In this document: positions 11,359 to 23,588 of the stretch, piece by piece | Position numbering within the stretch: position 1 is the stretch's first letter | How the letters are laid out: the number at the start of each line of letters is the position of its first letter | From: Octopus sinensis | Lineage: Eukaryota | Direction of reading: 5' to 3' | Assembly: GCF_006345805.1 (NCBI RefSeq) | Contig: NC_043020.1 | Coordinates: forward strand, 11,470,001-11,534,000 | DNA length: 64,000 bases | Translations under genes and position numbers: made by a program | Notes under the pieces: model-generated | Database searches by the model: none | The model's input: only the letters and a program-made list of their open reading frames with translations | What the model was told of the DNA's origin: nothing

Positions 11359-11600
11359 ACAGGAAGCTTTATGAAAATAAACAAAAGACGAAGGCAGGTG
11401 GAATACAAACAAACAATTGTATTAGTATGGCGCTCAGGAATATAAATAAAACAAGTCTTTTACGTTTCGAGCCTACGCTCTTCAACAGAAAGATACACAG
11501 AAAAGAAACACAGAAAGAAACAGGGAGAGAAAAAAAAATGCGTGCAGAGGCTAGCGAATCAACATGGCGATCTGATTTCGGCCAGAAGTCAAAGATCATA
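11358..11600 (-). mobile_element. Short repeat family G (Penelope-like terminus candidate) next to (TA)n
   Basis: Homologous to 31140-31305 (+) and 55020-55160 (+); contains a hammerhead-like motif. Confidence 0.55.
11456..11493 (-). ncRNA. Variant minimal type-I hammerhead-like motif (family G)
   Basis: UCUUU-CUGUUGA-A-GAGC(GUAG)GCUC-GAAA-CG-UA-AAAGA: 5-bp stem I, 4-bp stem II, ACGU palindrome in place of stem III, A6->U. Confidence 0.5.
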
Positions 11601-11603
11601 TAT

Positions 11604-11880
11604 ATCACCTTGATCACCTTGACTGAACAGTTCGTTGGGCGTCCATTTGTCACCACTGGTCACAGCACGCTGTCCACTCCTCTCGGGATCGCGCCTTTCT
11701 CATCCATGTGATCCCAATCGTCCTCCTGAAATCGTAACGCCACCGTCGTGGAGGCCTTCCGGGTGGTTGTTTCCGCTCGCGCGGGCACCGCTCCGTAACT
11801 GCGCGGGCACCACTCCGCAACTGCGCGGGTCCACCAATTATCAGTGAGCCGGGCAACGTGTCCAGCCCATCTAAACCATG
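11604..11880 (-). mobile_element. 5'-truncated RTE-1-like LINE 3' end (second RTE family)
   Basis: Minus strand reads FRWAGHVARLTDNWWTRAVAEWCPR / ERKQPPGRPPRRWRYDFRRTIGITWMRKARSREEWTACCDQW*, typical of the RTE ORF C-terminus. A 22-bp duplication causes a frameshift. Tail (CAAGGTGAT)2. Confidence 0.85.
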
Positions 11881-11974
11881 GATCACAGAAAAGGGAGTTC
11901 CATGACTGAAAGCATAATTTCAGCCCTTTCTTAACAATTTCTCACAGAGGTAAAAAAAGGGAGATACATGTTGT

Positions 11975-12880
11975 GCCATGGGCAGTTGCCAGAGAACTAC
12001 CAGAGTTCCAACTAATCATTTAGCTTAGAGCCATATGGCTCAGAAGATGTTGTTGGTGGTGGTGGTAGGGAGGACGGAGGACATTGTGTAGAGTATGGTC
12101 ATACATAAGTTGTTATAAGCCAGTACCATAAGCCTCTTATATGTCATTAGTGGAGGCGCAATGGCCCAGTGGTTAGGGCAGCAGACTCACGGTCATAGGA
12201 TCGCGGTTTTGATTCCCAGACCAGGCGTTGTGAGTGTTTATTGAGCGAAAACACCTAAAAGCTCCACGAGGCTCCGGCAGGGGATGGTGGTAATCCCTGC
12301 TGTACTCTTTCACCACAACTTTCTCTCACTCTTACTTCCTGTTTCTGTTGTACCTGTATTTCAAAGGGCCGGCCTTGTCACTCTCTGTGTCACGCTGAAT
12401 ATCCCCGAGAACTACGTTAAGGGTGCACGTGTCTATGGAGTGCTCAGCCACTTACACGTTAATTTCACGAGCAGGCTGTTCCATTGATTCGGATCAACCG
12501 GAACCCTCATCGTCGTAACCGACGGAGTGCTTCCCCTATATGTCATGAAGATACAGTTGTTGGATGGTGAGATAGATGAAGAGACAGTGATGGTCAGCTA
12601 GATAAATGATGGGTTTGGAGACGCAAAAGAGATCAAGGCTGTTTGGAGAACCTGCCAGTTGGCCAGGGATGTGAGTAAGGGATGAAACAAGTTGAAACAG
12701 GGAGCTGAGAAAGATTTGGTTTCTGCAGCAGCAGTATCAATAAGGGACAGGTTTAGGGATCAAGAAGGTTTGTAAGCATCAAAATCACTAAGGACAACAA
12801 CCCTGGATCAGGAACATGTAAATCGGATATCTTCAAGGCAGGAAGAAATATGATGGCAGAGTGTAGGGCTGTGTTCATGT
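11975..12880 (-). pseudogene. Fossil APE-endonuclease region of a CR1/Jockey-like LINE, interrupted by a SINE
   Basis: Broken frames give VVVLSDFDAY (GDFN-like), LFQLVSSLTHIPG..PNSLDLF, ADHHCLF (SDH-like) and, beyond the SINE, IWL*AK..D*LEL..FSGNCPW. Confidence 0.55.
12150..12534 (+). mobile_element. tRNA-derived SINE, family B, with TSD
   Basis: Head GGCGCAATGGCCCAGTGGTTAGGGCAGC...GGTTTTGATTCCC. TATATGTCAT direct repeat at 12138-12147 and 12537-12546. Confidence 0.9.
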
Positions 12881-12921
12881 CTAGAGTGTTTAAAATTTAG
12901 GGTTGTTGTTATTTAGCTTAA

Positions 12922-13142
12922 CCCTTTAGCATTTAAACCAGCCAAATCCAGCCAAAAGTATTCTGCCTGTTTTATGTTCAAACTGGCCAGATCTGGTCTC
13001 TCACACCAACCCTACAATATCGTTTTAAAAATTAACAGCTACCTCATCAAAATCTCATAGCTACAAGATAATGCATGATTAGTTCAAAACAATGTGGATA
13101 AAAAAGGATTAATTTTGGCAGAATAATGCGAACACTAAAGGG
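12922..13142 (+). mobile_element. piggyBac-like MITE (221 bp), TTAA TSD
   Basis: TTAA|CCCTTTAG ... CTAAAGGG|TTAA (12918-12921 and 13143-13146). Confidence 0.85.
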
Positions 13143-13659
13143 TTAAACAGACCTATCACTGAAGGCAATCCAAATATGACCATCCTATCATTTTAGAATT
13201 ATGTAAGACTACATTATTCAATGTATCCTGTTCTTGGGATGGGGGGGGTAAGGTGTAATACAAAGGAGATTTGGTTGCTATTTCTACAGGTTAAGTGACC
13301 TTTGTAGAGGTACGAGGATGATGTTGTGGGTTGAGGGCACAGGAAATGAGTAGTGAAAGTACATACCAGCAATTAAAACACTCACACGAAGCAGAACATC
13401 AACAAAAGCACATGCACAAACATATGTACACACACACACACTAATAAGCATCATGTACGTACACACACACACACACACGTAATGATACAACACAAAATCT
13501 TTCCTTCTCTCTCTCTTCCTCACTTTATCTTCCCCTCTCTTCCTCTATCATCTCCTCTCTTTCAATACCTCCTCTATCTCTCTACCTCTCCCTCTTTCTC
13601 ACACATAACATACAAGCACTAAATGTCTTACGTATTCACAAACAGAACCATCTCAAACA

Positions 13660-14513
13660 TTAACACACACACACACACACACACAAAATACAGGTCATAT
13701 GCAGACAAATAAGACCATCACTACAAACATGCACACACACACACACACACACACATACTGTGTGGATATGTGCGTGTGTTTATGTATGTATTACGTACAT
13801 AAAACCACCCCCAGACATAATCTCATATATATAAACACCCATATATATATATACAAACAACTATCTCCACACACATACACACACATACAAACAAGCAAAC
13901 AAATCCACCTCCACATATAAATACACACACATATATATACGTGTATATATATACACAATAGAAATTTAAAAAAACCTCCTCCACACACAAATACACAAAC
14001 ATACATACATACATACATACATACATACATACATACATACATACATGCATACAAACATACATACATACATACATACATACATACATACATACATACATAC
14101 ATACATACATACATACATGCATACATACATACATACATGCATACAAACATACATACATATACACACACATATACACACACATATACATACATACACACAC
14201 ACTTACATACATACATGCATGCATATTTATACATACATACATATACATACATACATACATACACATACATACATACATACATGCATGCATATTTATACAT
14301 ACATACATATATATATACATACATACATACATACATACAAATACATGCATAAATACATACATACATATACACACACACATATATACATACATACATATTT
14401 ATACATACATACATACATACATACATATTTATACATACATACATACATATATACATACATACATATTTATACATACATGCATATTTATACATACATACAT
14501 ATACATACATACA

Positions 14514-14544
<31 letters not shown>

Positions 14545-14600
14545 TTATACATACACACATATGTATATACACAAACATACACACACAAACACACATCAAT
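13660..14600. repeat. (CA)n/(TACA)n compound microsatellite
   Basis: Long ACAT/TACA tetranucleotide tract with dinucleotide flanks. Confidence 0.95.
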
Positions 14601-15039
14601 GAACAAAAAAAGACTGGGTTTTCCAAAAAAAAAAATTCTTTTTTAATCAAGAACATATAACAAAATAAAAAACAAAAAAAAATAAAAACAAACCTAGTTT
14701 TTTCTTTCTTTTAATTCCTTTTATTTATTGTATAGAATTTTATAAATTAATTTATTAAAGAAAAACAAAAAAAAAAAAACAGAGAAATTTAAATTTTTGA
14801 AAACGAAACAAAGAATAATAAGAACAACAACAACAACAATAATAATAATAATAATAATCCTAACGAGAAGAATTAATCCAAGAAGACCAAAATGGAATCA
14901 ACCGAAAGAATGAATTAAAGAGAATCAGACAATATTGGAAATCAAAAGAATTACACAATTCTCATTTATAGGTGGTGGTGGTCGTGGCGGTAGTGGTGGT
15001 GGAAATGGTAGTGCCAGTGCTGCTGTTACTAGTGTAGGT

Positions 15040-15326
15040 GGCAGTGTTAATGCTGGTAATGTTGTTGTTGTTGATGATGATGATGATGATGATGGTGGTG
15101 TTGCTGGTGGGTGGTTTTTGTTGTTGTTGTTGTTGTTCATGAATGTTTTTTTTTTGAAGACAATTGCTATTATTATAATATTTCTATTGAATATATTGAA
15201 ACAGTGTCAGATATTGATAACTTCAACAAACATCTGGTCTGCTCTTTAATAATAATAATAATAATAATAATAATGGTAATGATAATAATAATAATAATAA
15301 TAATAGTAATGATAATAATGGTAATG

Positions 15327-15359
<33 letters not shown>

Positions 15360-15365
15360 GTAATG

Positions 15366-15397
<32 letters not shown>

Positions 15398-15409
15398 AAT
15401 AATAGTAAA

Positions 15410-15446
<37 letters not shown>

Positions 15447-16155
15447 GTAATGATAATATATAAAGATGATGATGATGATGATGAAGATGGTTCCATCTTC
15501 CACTGCTTTCATAATGCAAGTGATGATGATGATAGTATAAGAAATGGAAACAAAGACTTCAAACCAAATAGGAAGATCTGCAAATAAAGATAACCAGAAT
15601 GTGGGGGACTAAAAAGAGAAACAATTCTGATGATGATGATGACGACGACGATGACGATGGTGGTGGTGGTGATGATGACGATGATGATGATGATGGTCAT
15701 GGTGGTGGTGGTAGTGGTGATGGTGGTGGTGGTGGTGGTGATGATGATGATGATGATGGTCATGGTGGTAGTGGTGGTGATGATGATGATGATGATGATG
15801 GTCATGGTGGTAGTGGTGGTGATGATCATGATGGTGGTGGTGATGATGATGGTGGTGGTGGTGATGATGATGATGATGGTGGTGGTGGTGATGATGATGG
15901 TGGTGGTGGTGGTGATGATGGTGGTGGTGGTGGTGGTGGTGGTGGTGGTGGTGATGATGATGATGGTGGTGGTCATGGTGATAGTGGCAATGATGGTGAT
16001 GGTGATGCTGACAGGGGTTGTGGTAATGGTGATGATGGTGACGATAATGATGGTGGTGGTGGTGGTGGTGGTGGTAGTGATGATGACAGTGGCAATGGTG
16101 GTGATGATGCTGACAGGGGTTGTGGTAATGGTAATGGTATCGGTAATGATGACAG
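15040..16155. repeat. Compound trinucleotide microsatellites (GTT, GAT, AAT, GGT)
   Basis: (AAT)n about 15248-15455; (GAT/GGT)n about 15628-16150. Confidence 0.95.
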
Positions 16156-16284
16156 CTGATTGGGAAGGATTATTAAACATGTAGAAAAATATCATAACCT
16201 AAACAGCTGAACCTGTAAATCTGCAGAAACCATTGAGACCAGCATCATCCGGCAGCCCCTACCTTCTGGGCTTAAAGTGGTCTC

Positions 16285-16503
16285 TCTCTTTTACTCTTTT
16301 ACTTGTTTCAGTCATTTGACTGCGGCCATGCTGGAGCACCGCCTTTAGTCGAGCAAATCGACCCCGGGACTTATTCTTTTGTAAGCCCAGTACTTATTCT
16401 ATCGGTCTCTTTTGCCAAACCGCTAAGTGACGAGGACGTAAACACACCAGCATCGGTTGTCAAGCAATGCTAGGGGGACAAACTCAGACACACAAACACA
16501 CAA

Positions 16504-16567
<64 letters not shown>

Positions 16568-16718
16568 TACGACGGGCTTCTTTCAGTTTCCGTCTACCAA
16601 ATCCACTCACAAGGCATTGGTCGGCCCGGAGCTAAAGCAGAAGACACTTGCCCAAGATGCCACGCAGTGGGACTGAACCCGGAACCATGTGGTTGGTTAG
16701 CAAGCTACTTACCACACA
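16285..16718 (-). mobile_element. SINE family A
   Basis: Near full-length reverse-complement copy with internal (TA)n. Confidence 0.9.
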
Positions 16719-17009
16719 CAAAAAACAAACTATTTTATGAATTTTTCACATTTTTTAAGAGTATGATTATTATGATTGCTTTTATCTCCCTCTCCTTCCC
16801 CCCGCATCCCCTGCCAGGCTCCCATCATTCTTTAATCCCCTTGACTGAAAATGACATAATAAGTTACCAGAAATTTGAGGATTTAGTTACTCGATTCAGC
16901 ACACAAAGAATTTACTGAGTATTTACACTGAGATCAATAAATGAGTGATTTGTGGGGGGGGGGGGGTTGTCGATAACAATTGTTTCATATCACTCTCTTT
17001 TTATAAACA

Positions 17010-17249
17010 TACATACATATATGTGTGTGTGTGTGTGTATATATATATATGTGTGTGTATGTGTATGTATACATATGTGTGGTATGTATATGTGTGTGTG
17101 TATGTATGTATACATATGTGTGGTATGTATATGTGTGTGTATGTGTGTGTGTATGCATGTATATATATGTGTGTGTGTGTGTGTGAGTATGTATATATAT
17201 ATATATATATACATATATGTGTGTGTGTATGTATGTGCATATATATATG

Positions 17250-17282
<33 letters not shown>

Positions 17283-17377
17283 ATGGATATATATAACACA
17301 TACAACATGCCTATATATATATGTATACACACACACACATATACAGACGCACACATATATACACACGTGTATGTATA

Positions 17378-17431
<54 letters not shown>

Positions 17432-17460
17432 CATATGCACACATACACACACAAGCACAA
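17010..17460. repeat. (TG/TA)n compound microsatellite
   Basis: Dinucleotide tract. Confidence 0.95.
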
Positions 17461-17859
17461 ACGTGTATACATTTATGTCTACATGTGTGTATATGTATGC
17501 ATACAAATATCTATACAAAAAGTGTTTGGATGAATGAATCCATCGATCGATGTGAGCAAAAATAACTATAAACTTTTGTGCATGTATATATGTATTTATG
17601 CATATACATATGTACAAGTGTATGTTTAAGAAGTTTGTCCCCCAACCACATGGTTCCTGGTTCAATCCTGGTTCAAACACAGAACCTTCAGAATCTACTA
17701 CTATAACCCTGGGTCAACCAAAGCCTTGGGAGTGGATTTGGCAGACAGAAACTGAAAGAAGCCCGTTGTGTGTGTGAGACTTTCCTTGTCTTGACATCAG
17801 ATGATAGTTGTAAAAGGGGGAAAGTTGATTGCATTGACCCAAGTACTTGATTGGTACTT

Positions 17860-18263
17860 GGTAGAATCGTTAGCGTGCCGGGCAAAATGCTTAGCGGTAT
17901 TTCGTCTGCTGTTACGTTCTGAGTTCAAATTCCGCCGAGGTCGACTTTGCCTTTCATCCTTTCGGGGTCGATTAAATAAGTACCAGTGACGCACAGGGGT
18001 CGATATAATCGACTTAATCCGTTTGTCTGTCCTTATTAGTCCCTTCTATGTTTAGCACCTTGTGGGTAGTAAAGAAATAGGTATTTCGTCTGCCGCTACG
18101 TTCTGAGTTCAAATTCCGCCGAGGTCGACTTTGCCTTTCATCCTTTCGGGGTCGATAAATTAAGTACCAGTGACGCACAGGGGTCGATATAATCGACTTA
18201 ATCCGTTTGTCTGTCCTTGTTAGTCCTCTCTGTGTTTAGCCCCTTGTGGGTAGTAAAGAAATA
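17860..18263 (+). mobile_element. SINE family C, partial-tandem dimer form, nested in an older antisense C-type copy
   Basis: Two bodies joined at AAGAAATAG|GTATTTCGTCTG. GGTACTT direct repeat at 17853-17859 and 18264-18270. Confidence 0.85.
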
Positions 18264-18534
18264 GGTACTTATCTTATAGACCCTGAAAGGATGAAAGTCA
18301 ACCTTGGTGAAATTTGAACCCAGAATGATATGAACCAAAAGTATTGCTAAGAAATTTTGTCCAACATGCTAACAGTTCTGCCAACTCATAATAATAATAA
18401 TAATAATAATAATACTAATAATCCTTTCTACTAAAGGTAGAAGGAATTTGACCTCAGAACGTAAAGACAGATGAAATACTAAGCATTTCGCCCAGCATGC
18501 TAATGTTTCCACCAGCTCACCGTCTTATCATAAT

Positions 18535-18726
18535 AATACTCTTTTACTTGTTTCAGTCATTTGACTGTGGTCATGCTGGAGTATCAAACCCAGGACTTAT
18601 TCTTTGTAAGCCTAGTACTTATTCTATCAGTCTCTTTTGTCGAACCGCAAAGTTACGGGGACGTAAACACACCAGCATTGGTTGTCAAGTGATGTTGGGG
18701 GGACAAACATAGACACACAAACGTAT

Positions 18727-18759
<33 letters not shown>

Positions 18760-18770
18760 CACACACACAC

Positions 18771-18811
<41 letters not shown>

Positions 18812-19119
18812 CACACACACACACATATATATATACACACATATATATATACACGCACACACACATATATATATATATACACACACACACCACACATATA
18901 TATATACACACACACCACACACATATATATATATATACACACACACACATATATATATACACCACACACACACCACACATATATATATACACCACACACA
19001 CATATATATTACACACATAATATATACACGCACACACACATATATATATATATACACACCACACACACATATATATATACACACACACACACATTATATA
19101 TATACACACACACACACAC

Positions 19120-19168
<49 letters not shown>

Positions 19169-19335
19169 CACGACGGGCTTCTTTCAGTTTCTGTTTACCA
19201 AATCCACTCACAAGGCTTTGGTCGACCCGAGGCTATAGTAGAAGACACTTGCCCAAGGTGCCACGCAGTGGAACTGAACCCGGAACCATGTGGTTGGTAA
19301 GCAAGCTACTTACCACACAGCCACTCCTACGCCTA
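18535..19335 (-). mobile_element. SINE family A with internal microsatellite expanded to about 450 bp
   Basis: Both SINE halves intact on either side of the (CA)/(TA) tract at about 18720-19170. Confidence 0.9.
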
Positions 19336-19769
19336 ATAATAATGATAATCTTTCGATTAAGTATAAAAGAGGCCAATATTTTTAGTGGAGCAAGTATAGG
19401 TATTTGAAGCAAATCCTAGAATTATGATGTTATTTTATGAGCCGTAAGAGATTTCGATGATAAAATTCAGTTCTTTAAACAATAAAACTCCTCACTACAC
19501 CTCCTTTACAAGCCTTAAGATATTGATTGTCTCTGTGACACATTTGGAATTATAGTTCTACCAAACAGACACCAAGTGAGAAGATACTACATGATATATG
19601 ACAGCAAGCTTGTATCATCTGTTGGCATTGTGTTCTAGACGACACAATAGACTATATCAAACAGGAAGTGACTGGATTTCACACTACAAACCATACAAAC
19701 ATGAACATAACCAGTTGTTGTCGTAGAATAAAACAGCCAATATAATCAGTTCTTTTTTTTTTGTCTTGT

Positions 19770-20195
19770 AGTTGTTGTTGTAGTGATGTTGATGTGGCGA
19801 TTGGTGTTATTATGGCTGTTGTTGTTGTAGTGATGGTGGTGTGTTGACTGCTGTTGTTGTTGTAGTGATGGTGGTGTGGTGATTGCTGTTATTATAGCTG
19901 TTGTTGTAGTGATGGTGGTGTGGTGACTGCTGTTATTATAGCTGTTGTTGTTGTATTGATGTTGGTGTGGCGATTGCTGTTATTATAGCTGTTGTTGTTG
20001 TAGTGATGGTGGTGTGGTGACTGCTGTTATTATAGCTGTTGTTGTTGTATTGATGTTGGTGTGGCGATTGCTGTTATTATAGCTGTTGTTGTTGTAGTGA
20101 TGGTGGTGTGGTGATTGCAGTTATTATAGCTGTTGTTGTTGTAGTGATGGTAGTGTGGTGAGTGGTGATTGCTCTTATTACAGCTGTTGTTCTTA
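19770..20195. repeat. 44-47-bp minisatellite with alternating variants
   Basis: GTTGTTGTTGTAGTGATGGTGGTGTGGTGACTGCTGTTATTATAGCT alternating with a ...TATTGATGTTGGTGTGGCGATT... variant. Confidence 0.85.
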
Positions 20196-20339
20196 TTGTT
20201 GTTGCTCTATGTGATACTATAGATTTTCTTGTTGTTGTTGTTGCTGTTAGTATTGTTGTAGTTGTGACTATTGTTTTAATCGATTACCTTGTTGTAGTTA
20301 GATCTGTTGTAGTATTTTTTGTTGTTGTTGTTATTCTTT

Positions 20340-21086
20340 CTTTTCATTTTTTACTCATTTCAGTTATTAGACTGTGGCCATGCTGGAGCACCACCTCAAA
20401 GAATTTTTTTAGGCAAATTTTTTTTTTCTTGAATGCCTGGTACTTATTCTATCTGTCACTTTTGCTGAACTACTAAGCGGTGGGGATGTAAACACACCAA
20501 CACCCATTGTCAAGCAGTGAGAGGGGGAACAAATACACACACACACACACACACATGCATGTCAGGCTTCTTTTAGTTTCCATCTCCCAAATTCACTCAT
20601 GATGCTTTGGTCATCCCAAGACTATAATAGAAGACACTTGTCCAAGGTACCACGCAGTGGGACTGAACCCAGAGCCATGTGGTTGAGAAATGTAATGTTC
20701 TTGTTTTTGTTGTTATTGTCATTTTGCTTGACTGTTTTTGACATTGTTATTGTTACATAGGTTGTTGTTGCTGCGGGGGTTGTTGGTATTGCTTGTTGTT
20801 TTTGTTGTTGTTGTCTTACTGTTTTGACATTGTTGTCATACGTTGTTTTTTTCTTCATTGTCATATTTTTTATCTTTTGTTTCAGTCTCAGACTGTGCCC
20901 ATACTGGAGCACCGTCTTGAAAAATTTTTAGTTGAATGAATCGGCCCCAGTACTAATTTGTCTTTTTAAGCCTTATACTCGTTCTATAGGTTTCTTCTTA
21001 TCAAACTGGTAAGTTACGGGGATGTAAACAAACCAACATCAGTAGCCAAGCAGTAGTGAGGGATAAACACTGATGCAAAGATACAC

Positions 21087-21128
<42 letters not shown>

Positions 21129-21377
21129 TCTTTTACTCTTCTACTTGTTTCAGTCATTTGATTGTGGCCATGCTGGAGTACCACCTTTAGTCAAGCAAAT
21201 CGACCCCAGGACTTATTCTTTGTAAGCCTAGTATTTATTCTATCGGTCTCTTTTGCCGAACTGCTAAGTTACGGGGACGTAAGCACACAAGCATTGGTTG
21301 TCAAGTGATGTTGGGGGACAAATACAGACACACAAACATATACACATGCATATATTTATATATACATATATATAATG

Positions 21378-21412
<35 letters not shown>

Positions 21413-21649
21413 TCTTTTACTCTTCTACTTGTTTCAGTCATTTGATTGTGGCCATGCTGGAGTACCACCTTTAGTCAAGCAAATCGACCCCAGGACTTAT
21501 TCTTTGTAAGCCTAGTATTTATTCTATCGGTCTCTTTTGCCGAACTGCTAAGTTACGGGGACGTAAGCACACAAGCATTGGTTGTCAAGTGATGTTGGGG
21601 GACAAATACAGACACACAAACATATACACATGCATATATTTATATATAC

Positions 21650-21682
<33 letters not shown>

Positions 21683-22060
21683 TATATACACAGTTTCTGT
21701 ATACCAAATCCACTCTCAGTTTCTGTATACCAAATCCACTCACAAGGCTTTGGTCAGCCTGAGGCTATAGTAGAAGATAGTTGCCCAAGGTGCCACGCAG
21801 TGAGACTGAACCCAGTAAGCAAGCTACTTACCACACAGCCATTCCTACACCTATATATATATGTGTGTGTGGTGTGTATGTGTGTGTGTCTGTATAAAAC
21901 AGGCTTCTTTCAGTTTCCATCTACCAAATCCACGCACAAGGCTTTGGTCAGCCCAAGGCTATAGTAGAAGACACTTGCTCGAGGTGCCATGTAGTAGGAT
22001 TGAACCTGAAACCATGTGGTTGGGAAGCAAGCTTCTTACCACTCAGCCGCACCTGTACCC
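20340..22060 (-). mobile_element. Cluster of antisense SINE family A copies and halves, including a ~284-bp tandem duplication (about 21100-21690)
   Basis: Family A 3' halves at about 20345, 20865, 21127, 21411; 5' halves at about 20570, 21690, 21895. Confidence 0.8.
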
Positions 22061-22085
22061 ATCGATGTTTCTTTAAATGGCTTAA

Positions 22086-23588
22086 CCCTTTAGTGTTCGC
22101 ATTATTCTGCCAAAATTAATCCTATTTCATCCACATTGTTTTGAACTAATCATGCATTATTTGATGAGGTAGCTGTTAATTTTTAAGATGATATTGTAGG
22201 GTTGGTGTGAGAGACCAGATATGGCCAAATTGAACATAAAACAGGCAGAATACTTTTGGCCGGTTATGGCCAGTTTAAATGCATTATCTTGTAACTATGA
22301 GAATTTGATGAGGTAGCTGTTAATTTTTAAAACGATATTGTAGGGTTGGTGTGAAAGACCAGATCTGGCCAGTTTGAACATAAAACAGGCAGAATACTTT
22401 TGGCCGGATATGGCCAGTTTAAATGCATTATCTTGTAACTATGAGAATTTGATGAGGTAGCTGTTATTTTTAAAACGATATTGTAGGGTTGGTGTGAAAG
22501 ACCAGATCTGGCCAGTTTGAACATAAAACAGGCAGAATACTTTTGGCCGGATATGGCCAGTTTAAATGCATCATCTTGTAACTATGAAGAATTTGATGAG
22601 GTAGCTGTTATTTTTAAAACGATATTGTTGGGTTGGTGTGAAAGACCAGATCTGGCCAGTTTGAACATAAAACAGGCAGAATACTTTTGGCCGGATATGG
22701 CCAGTTTAAATGCATTATCTTGTAACTATGAGAATTTGATGAGGTAGCTGTTAATTTTTAAAACGATATTGTAGGGTTGGTGTGAAAGACCAGATCTGGC
22801 CAGTTTGAACATAAAACAGGCAGAATACTTTTGGCCGGATATGGCCAGTTTAAATGCATTATCTTGTAACTATGAGAATTTGATGAGGTAGCTGTTAATT
22901 TTTAAAACGATATTGTAGGGTTGGTGTGAAAGACCAGATCTGGCCAGTTTGAACATAAAACAGGCAGAATACTTTTGGCCGGATATGGCCAGTTTAATGC
23001 ATTATCTTGTAGCTATGAGAATTTTGATGAAGGTAGCTGTTAATTTTTTAAAAACGATTTGTAGGGTTGGTGTGAAAGACCAGATCTGGCCAGTTTGAAC
23101 ATAAAACAGGCAGAATACTTTTGGCGGATATGGCCAGTTTAAATAGCATTATCTTGTAACTATGAGAGAATTTGATGAGGTAGCTGTTAATTTTTAAAAC
23201 GATATTGTAGGGTTGGTCTGAGAGATCAGATCTGGCCAGTTTGAACATGAAACAGGCAGAATACTTTTGGCCGGATATGGCCAGTTTAAATGCATTATCT
23301 TGTAACTATGAGAATTTGATGAGGCAGATGTTAATTTTTAAAACGATATTGTAGGGTTGGTGTGAGAGACCAGATCTGGCCAGTTTGAACATAAAACAGG
23401 CAGAATACTTTTGGCCGGATATGGCCAGTTTAAATACATTATCTTGTAGCTATGAGAATTTGATGAGGTAGCTGTTAATTTTTAAAACGATATTGTAGGG
23501 TTGGTGTGAAAGACCAGATCTGGCCAGTTTGAACATAAAACAGGCAGAATACTTTTGGCCGGATATGGCCAGTTTAAATGCTAAAGGG
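22086..23588 (-). mobile_element. piggyBac-like MITE whose interior is amplified into 10 x ~144-bp tandem units
   Basis: TTAA|CCCTTTAG (22082-22093) and CTAAAGGG|TTAA (23581-23592). Unit starts at 22156, 22283, 22427, 22570, 22714, 22858, 23001, 23148, 23294, 23438. Same family as 12922-13142. Confidence 0.92.

Noticed and set aside
22156-23581. 144-bp array as a coding repeat or CRISPR-like system
   Set aside because: Units are near-identical without spacers, frames are interrupted by stops, and the array is fully explained as the interior of a MITE.
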